Origin: Candidatus Bipolaricaulota bacterium
GTDB taxonomy: Bacteria; Bipolaricaulota; Bipolaricaulia; M55B111
DNA: 60,767 nt
Direction: 5' to 3'
Assembly: GCA_018335015.1 (NCBI GenBank)
Contig: JAGXKX010000004.1
Span: 1-60,767 of the forward strand
How positions within the stretch are numbered: position 1 is the first letter of the stretch; the number at the start of each line of letters is the position of its first letter. The position numbers were made by a program, and so were the translations under genes. Under the pieces are notes generated by a model, which did not search any database, was not told where the DNA came from, and worked only from the letters and a program-made list of their open reading frames with translations. Below, piece after piece: positions 57,897 to 60,767 of this stretch.

Positions 57897-59651
57897 GTGT
57901 CAAAGCACAGGATTTACGAAATCGCCGACGAGCTAGGACTGGAGTCTAAAGAAATGCTGGGGATCCTCGAGGAGCTTGGGATGGGAGATATGACACCCTT
58001 AAATACCGTGGACGACGAGGAATATAACCTTATTCTCGACCTTTACGAGGAAGAGGAAGGTGAACTGGAAGAGGAAGCCGAGGAAATTACAGAGGAAAAA
58101 GGAGAAGAGGAAGTACCCGAAGAAGCGGAAGAAAAAGAGGAGGAGGTAGAGGAAGCTCCTCCCCGACCCGCAGTCGTTTCGGTACTGGGGCACATAGACC
58201 ACGGGAAGACTACCTTGCTTGACACGATAAGAGAAGCCCGGGTGGCAAATAAGGAAGAAGGCGGGATAACTCAGTCCATAGGTGCCTACCAGATAGACTG
58301 GGAAGGAAATAAATTTACATTTGTCGATACCCCGGGCCATAAAGCATTTACCTCCATGAGGTCCCGTGGCGCCCAGGCTACGGATATAGCCATTCTGGTC
58401 GTAGCAGCTGATGACGGAATAATGGAACAGACGAATGAAGCAATCGCCCATATAGAAGCCGCGGACATACCCATGATCGTAGCTATCAACAAGATAGACA
58501 AGAACAACGCCAATCCCCAGGAAACGATGAACCAGCTCGCCCGGGAGGGCTTCACCCCTGACGAATGGGGTGGCGACACTATTATGGTCCAGCTTTCCGC
58601 GCTCACGGGAGAAAACATGGAAGAGCTGCTGGATATGATAAGTCTCGTTTCAGAAATGGAAAACCCTACCGGCGATCCCGAAGGAGAATTAAAGGGCTTT
58701 ATCGTAGAGAGTCATCTCGATTCGCGCATGGGTCCTCTGGCAACGGCGATTATTCAGGAGGGAACTCTTCGACCCAGAGACGCGCTCCTGGTGGGAAACA
58801 CGTACGGCAGGGTAAAATCACTCTCCGACGAGTCCGGACAAATAGACGAAGCCGGACCGAGCAAACCCGTGGAAATTATGGGGCTAAAGGACGTGCCTCC
58901 AGCCGGGGCGAGTATCGAAAGGTTTGACGATCTCGGTAAAGCTAAAGAGATAGCTCAGGAAAGGAAAGAAGAAGAGAAAATTCAAAGTCGGAAAGCCAAA
59001 CCTTCCGTAGAGGACCTCTTTGCTCAGGCAGAAAAAGACAACCTCGACCTCGTAATCAAAGCCAGCTCACGCGGCTCTCTGGACGCAGTTAAAAAGGAAC
59101 TGGACGAGATAGAGGTAGAGGATATCGAAATAGAAGTTCTCCACGAGGGAGTGGGCGACATTTCCGAAAGCGATATCATGCTCGCTTCGTCCTCGGAAAA
59201 CTATTCCGCCGTCGTAGGGTTCGGCGTCAAGATAAGAACGAAAGCGGAAGAGCAATCAGACCAGCTGGATATTCCGGTCGAGACTTACAACATAATCTAC
59301 GATCTTGTCGATAGCGTCAAACGGGCAATCGGTGAAGTAAAAGGACCACAGTACGAAGAGGTCAAGATCGGCGAAATCGAGGTCCGAGAGGTCTTCGAGA
59401 TAACTGGCTCTGGCCAGGTTGCCGGCTGTTACGTTGATTCAGGTAAAGTTACTAACAAGTCCCTGATCAAAGTCTGGCGGGACGGGGAGCTAGTTCACGA
59501 AGGTCAGATAGATAGCCTGAAAAGGTTCAAAGAAGACGTCAAAGAAGTCGGCGAAGATTACGAATGCGGTATTTCGATCGAGGACTTCGAAGGTTTCGAA
59601 GAAGGGGACACGCTAGAAGCTCTTACCAAAAAGAGGGTTGAGGCCTTCTAA
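57897..59651 (+). CDS. infB: Translation initiation factor IF-2 (short form)
   Basis: GHIDHGKT, GGITQ, DTPGH.AF..MR.RGA, NKID, SLKRFK.DV.EV. Confidence 0.96.
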   Translation: MSKHRIYEIADELGLESKEMLGILEELGMGDMTPLNTVDDEEYNLILDLYEEEEGELEEEAEEITEEKGEEEVPEEAEEKEEEVEEAPPRPAVVSVLGHIDHGKTTLLDTIREARVANKEEGGITQSIGAYQIDWEGNKFTFVDTPGHKAFTSMRSRGAQATDIAILVVAADDGIMEQTNEAIAHIEAADIPMIVAINKIDKNNANPQETMNQLAREGFTPDEWGGDTIMVQLSALTGENMEELLDMISLVSEMENPTGDPEGELKGFIVESHLDSRMGPLATAIIQEGTLRPRDALLVGNTYGRVKSLSDESGQIDEAGPSKPVEIMGLKDVPPAGASIERFDDLGKAKEIAQERKEEEKIQSRKAKPSVEDLFAQAEKDNLDLVIKASSRGSLDAVKKELDEIEVEDIEIEVLHEGVGDISESDIMLASSSENYSAVVGFGVKIRTKAEEQSDQLDIPVETYNIIYDLVDSVKRAIGEVKGPQYEEVKIGEIEVREVFEITGSGQVAGCYVDSGKVTNKSLIKVWRDGELVHEGQIDSLKRFKEDVKEVGEDYECGISIEDFEGFEEGDTLEALTKKRVEAF

Positions 59652-59675
59652 ACTGATATATTATCGGGGATCGAG

Positions 59676-59957
59676 ATGAGTATCGGGGTCCTAAAAGTCA
59701 AATTTATCATCCCTGGAGCGAACTCCCTCAAAGAAAAGCGGTCGATTATTCAACCTTTCATTCACAGAATACGCAATAACTACAATATATCGATAAACGA
59801 ACTGGACGGGGAGAACGACCCGAGGACGGCCACTCTCGGATTCGCTCACATAGCTAAAAGCAGCGATCTAAATCATAAAAAGATGGCTAAGATCGCCGAC
59901 GAGGCGGCCAAAGTGAAAAACCTACAAATAGAAAGACAGACCACAGAGGTCATGTAA
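59676..59957 (+). CDS. DUF503/YlxP-family protein
   Basis: SLKEKR motif; lies between infB and rbfA. Confidence 0.85.
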   Translation: MSIGVLKVKFIIPGANSLKEKRSIIQPFIHRIRNNYNISINELDGENDPRTATLGFAHIAKSSDLNHKKMAKIADEAAKVKNLQIERQTTEVM

Positions 59958-60322
59958 TGGGAAGCAAAGCCAAGAGGAGAAAAGAAGAAAAATTCAAGCG
60001 GGCCCTGGCAAAGATTATCGAGAAGGATACCAGGGACAGTGCGTTCGAGTTCGCCACTGTAACGGACGTGGAGCTGAGCGATGACTTCAAATACGCTGAC
60101 GTTTACGTAGACGTCATAGGCGACAAAGAAAAAAAGGAAAAATCCCTGGAGAAATTCAACGACAAAGAGGGGTTCTTCCGAACCAACATTGCCCATCAAT
60201 TAAATCCCAGATTCACTCCGGAATTAACCTTCAAGCTCGACCGCAGCCTGGAAAGGTTAAACAGGATAGAAGAGATACTAAATAAGGACGAAGAGTCGAG
60301 GGATAAAGAAGACAAACAGTGA
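59957..60322 (+). CDS. rbfA: Ribosome-binding factor A
   Basis: VT.V.LS.D...A.VYV, R.TPEL.F..D.S. Confidence 0.9.
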   Translation: MGSKAKRRKEEKFKRALAKIIEKDTRDSAFEFATVTDVELSDDFKYADVYVDVIGDKEKKEKSLEKFNDKEGFFRTNIAHQLNPRFTPELTFKLDRSLERLNRIEEILNKDEESRDKEDKQ

Positions 60323-60336
60323 TTTGAGGGCCATCA

Positions 60337-60767
60337 ATGAAAGCTTTCGGTCCGGTACCCTCACGCAGACTCGGTCGGAGCCTGGGGATAAATAACATAC
60401 CCGCAAAAAATTGTACCTATTCCTGCATATACTGTCAGCTGGGAACCACCCTGGACCTTCAATCGAAGCGAAAGAACTTTTACGATCCATTAGAAATAAA
60501 AAAGGAAGTCAAACGTAAAGTCCAGGAGACCCGAGACAATGAAGTACGGATAGACTACCTGAGCTTCGTTCCCGACGGCGAACCGACGCTGGAAGAGAAA
60601 CTTGGAGAACAAATAGACTTAGTATCTACTCTTGGAATTGACACTGCCGTAATAAGCAACGCCTCCCTGATATGGGACGATTCAGTAAAATCTGACCTCG
60701 CAAAAGCGGATTGGGTTTCGTTGAAAGTTGACGCCGTAACCGAAAAGCACTGGCGAAAGATCAACCG
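60337..60767 (+). CDS. Radical SAM protein (COG0731/TYW1-like family), truncated by the window end; absent from the ORF track
   Basis: Hand translation MKAFGPVPSRRLGRSLGINNIPAKNCTYSCIYCQLG...DGEPTL; CxxxCxxC motif; frame open to the window edge. Confidence 0.9.
   Translation, partial: MKAFGPVPSRRLGRSLGINNIPAKNCTYSCIYCQLGTTLDLQSKRKNFYDPLEIKKEVKRKVQETRDNEVRIDYLSFVPDGEPTLEEKLGEQIDLVSTLGIDTAVISNASLIWDDSVKSDLAKADWVSLKVDAVTEKHWRKIN

Noticed and set aside
60337-60767. Pseudogene at the window end
   Set aside because: The frame is uninterrupted; it is absent from the ORF track only because its stop codon lies beyond the window.

Overview
About 61 kb of ordinary bacterial chromosome. The proteome is strongly acidic (D/E-rich), which suggests a halophilic anaerobe; the gene style fits a Ca. 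Bipolaricaulota/Acetothermia-like lineage (inference only). The window holds housekeeping genes (dnaA, polA, ruvC, rplM, purA, ileS, ssb, hflKC, coaX, rex, alaS, dnaN, tmk, lspA, infB, rbfA), a nucleoside ABC/pdp operon, galTK, a serC-like/serA/DUF1015 cluster, hypCDE, a diguanylate cyclase, and a secreted protein with a T9SS-like tail next to a PorV-like barrel. I found no rRNA, tRNA, CRISPR array or transposase. The most unusual signal is non-coding: seven intergenic copies of a ~200-bp MITE-like element. Full copies have CTCAGTTCTTTCACCA-type terminal inverted repeats, and the best ones have 5-bp target-site duplications. Each copy contains a 19-22-bp internal inverted repeat whose arms differ between copies but stay self-complementary. 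The arms enclose a conserved, asymmetric ~44-nt core that occurs in both orientations relative to the element's own flanks (flip/flop isomers).
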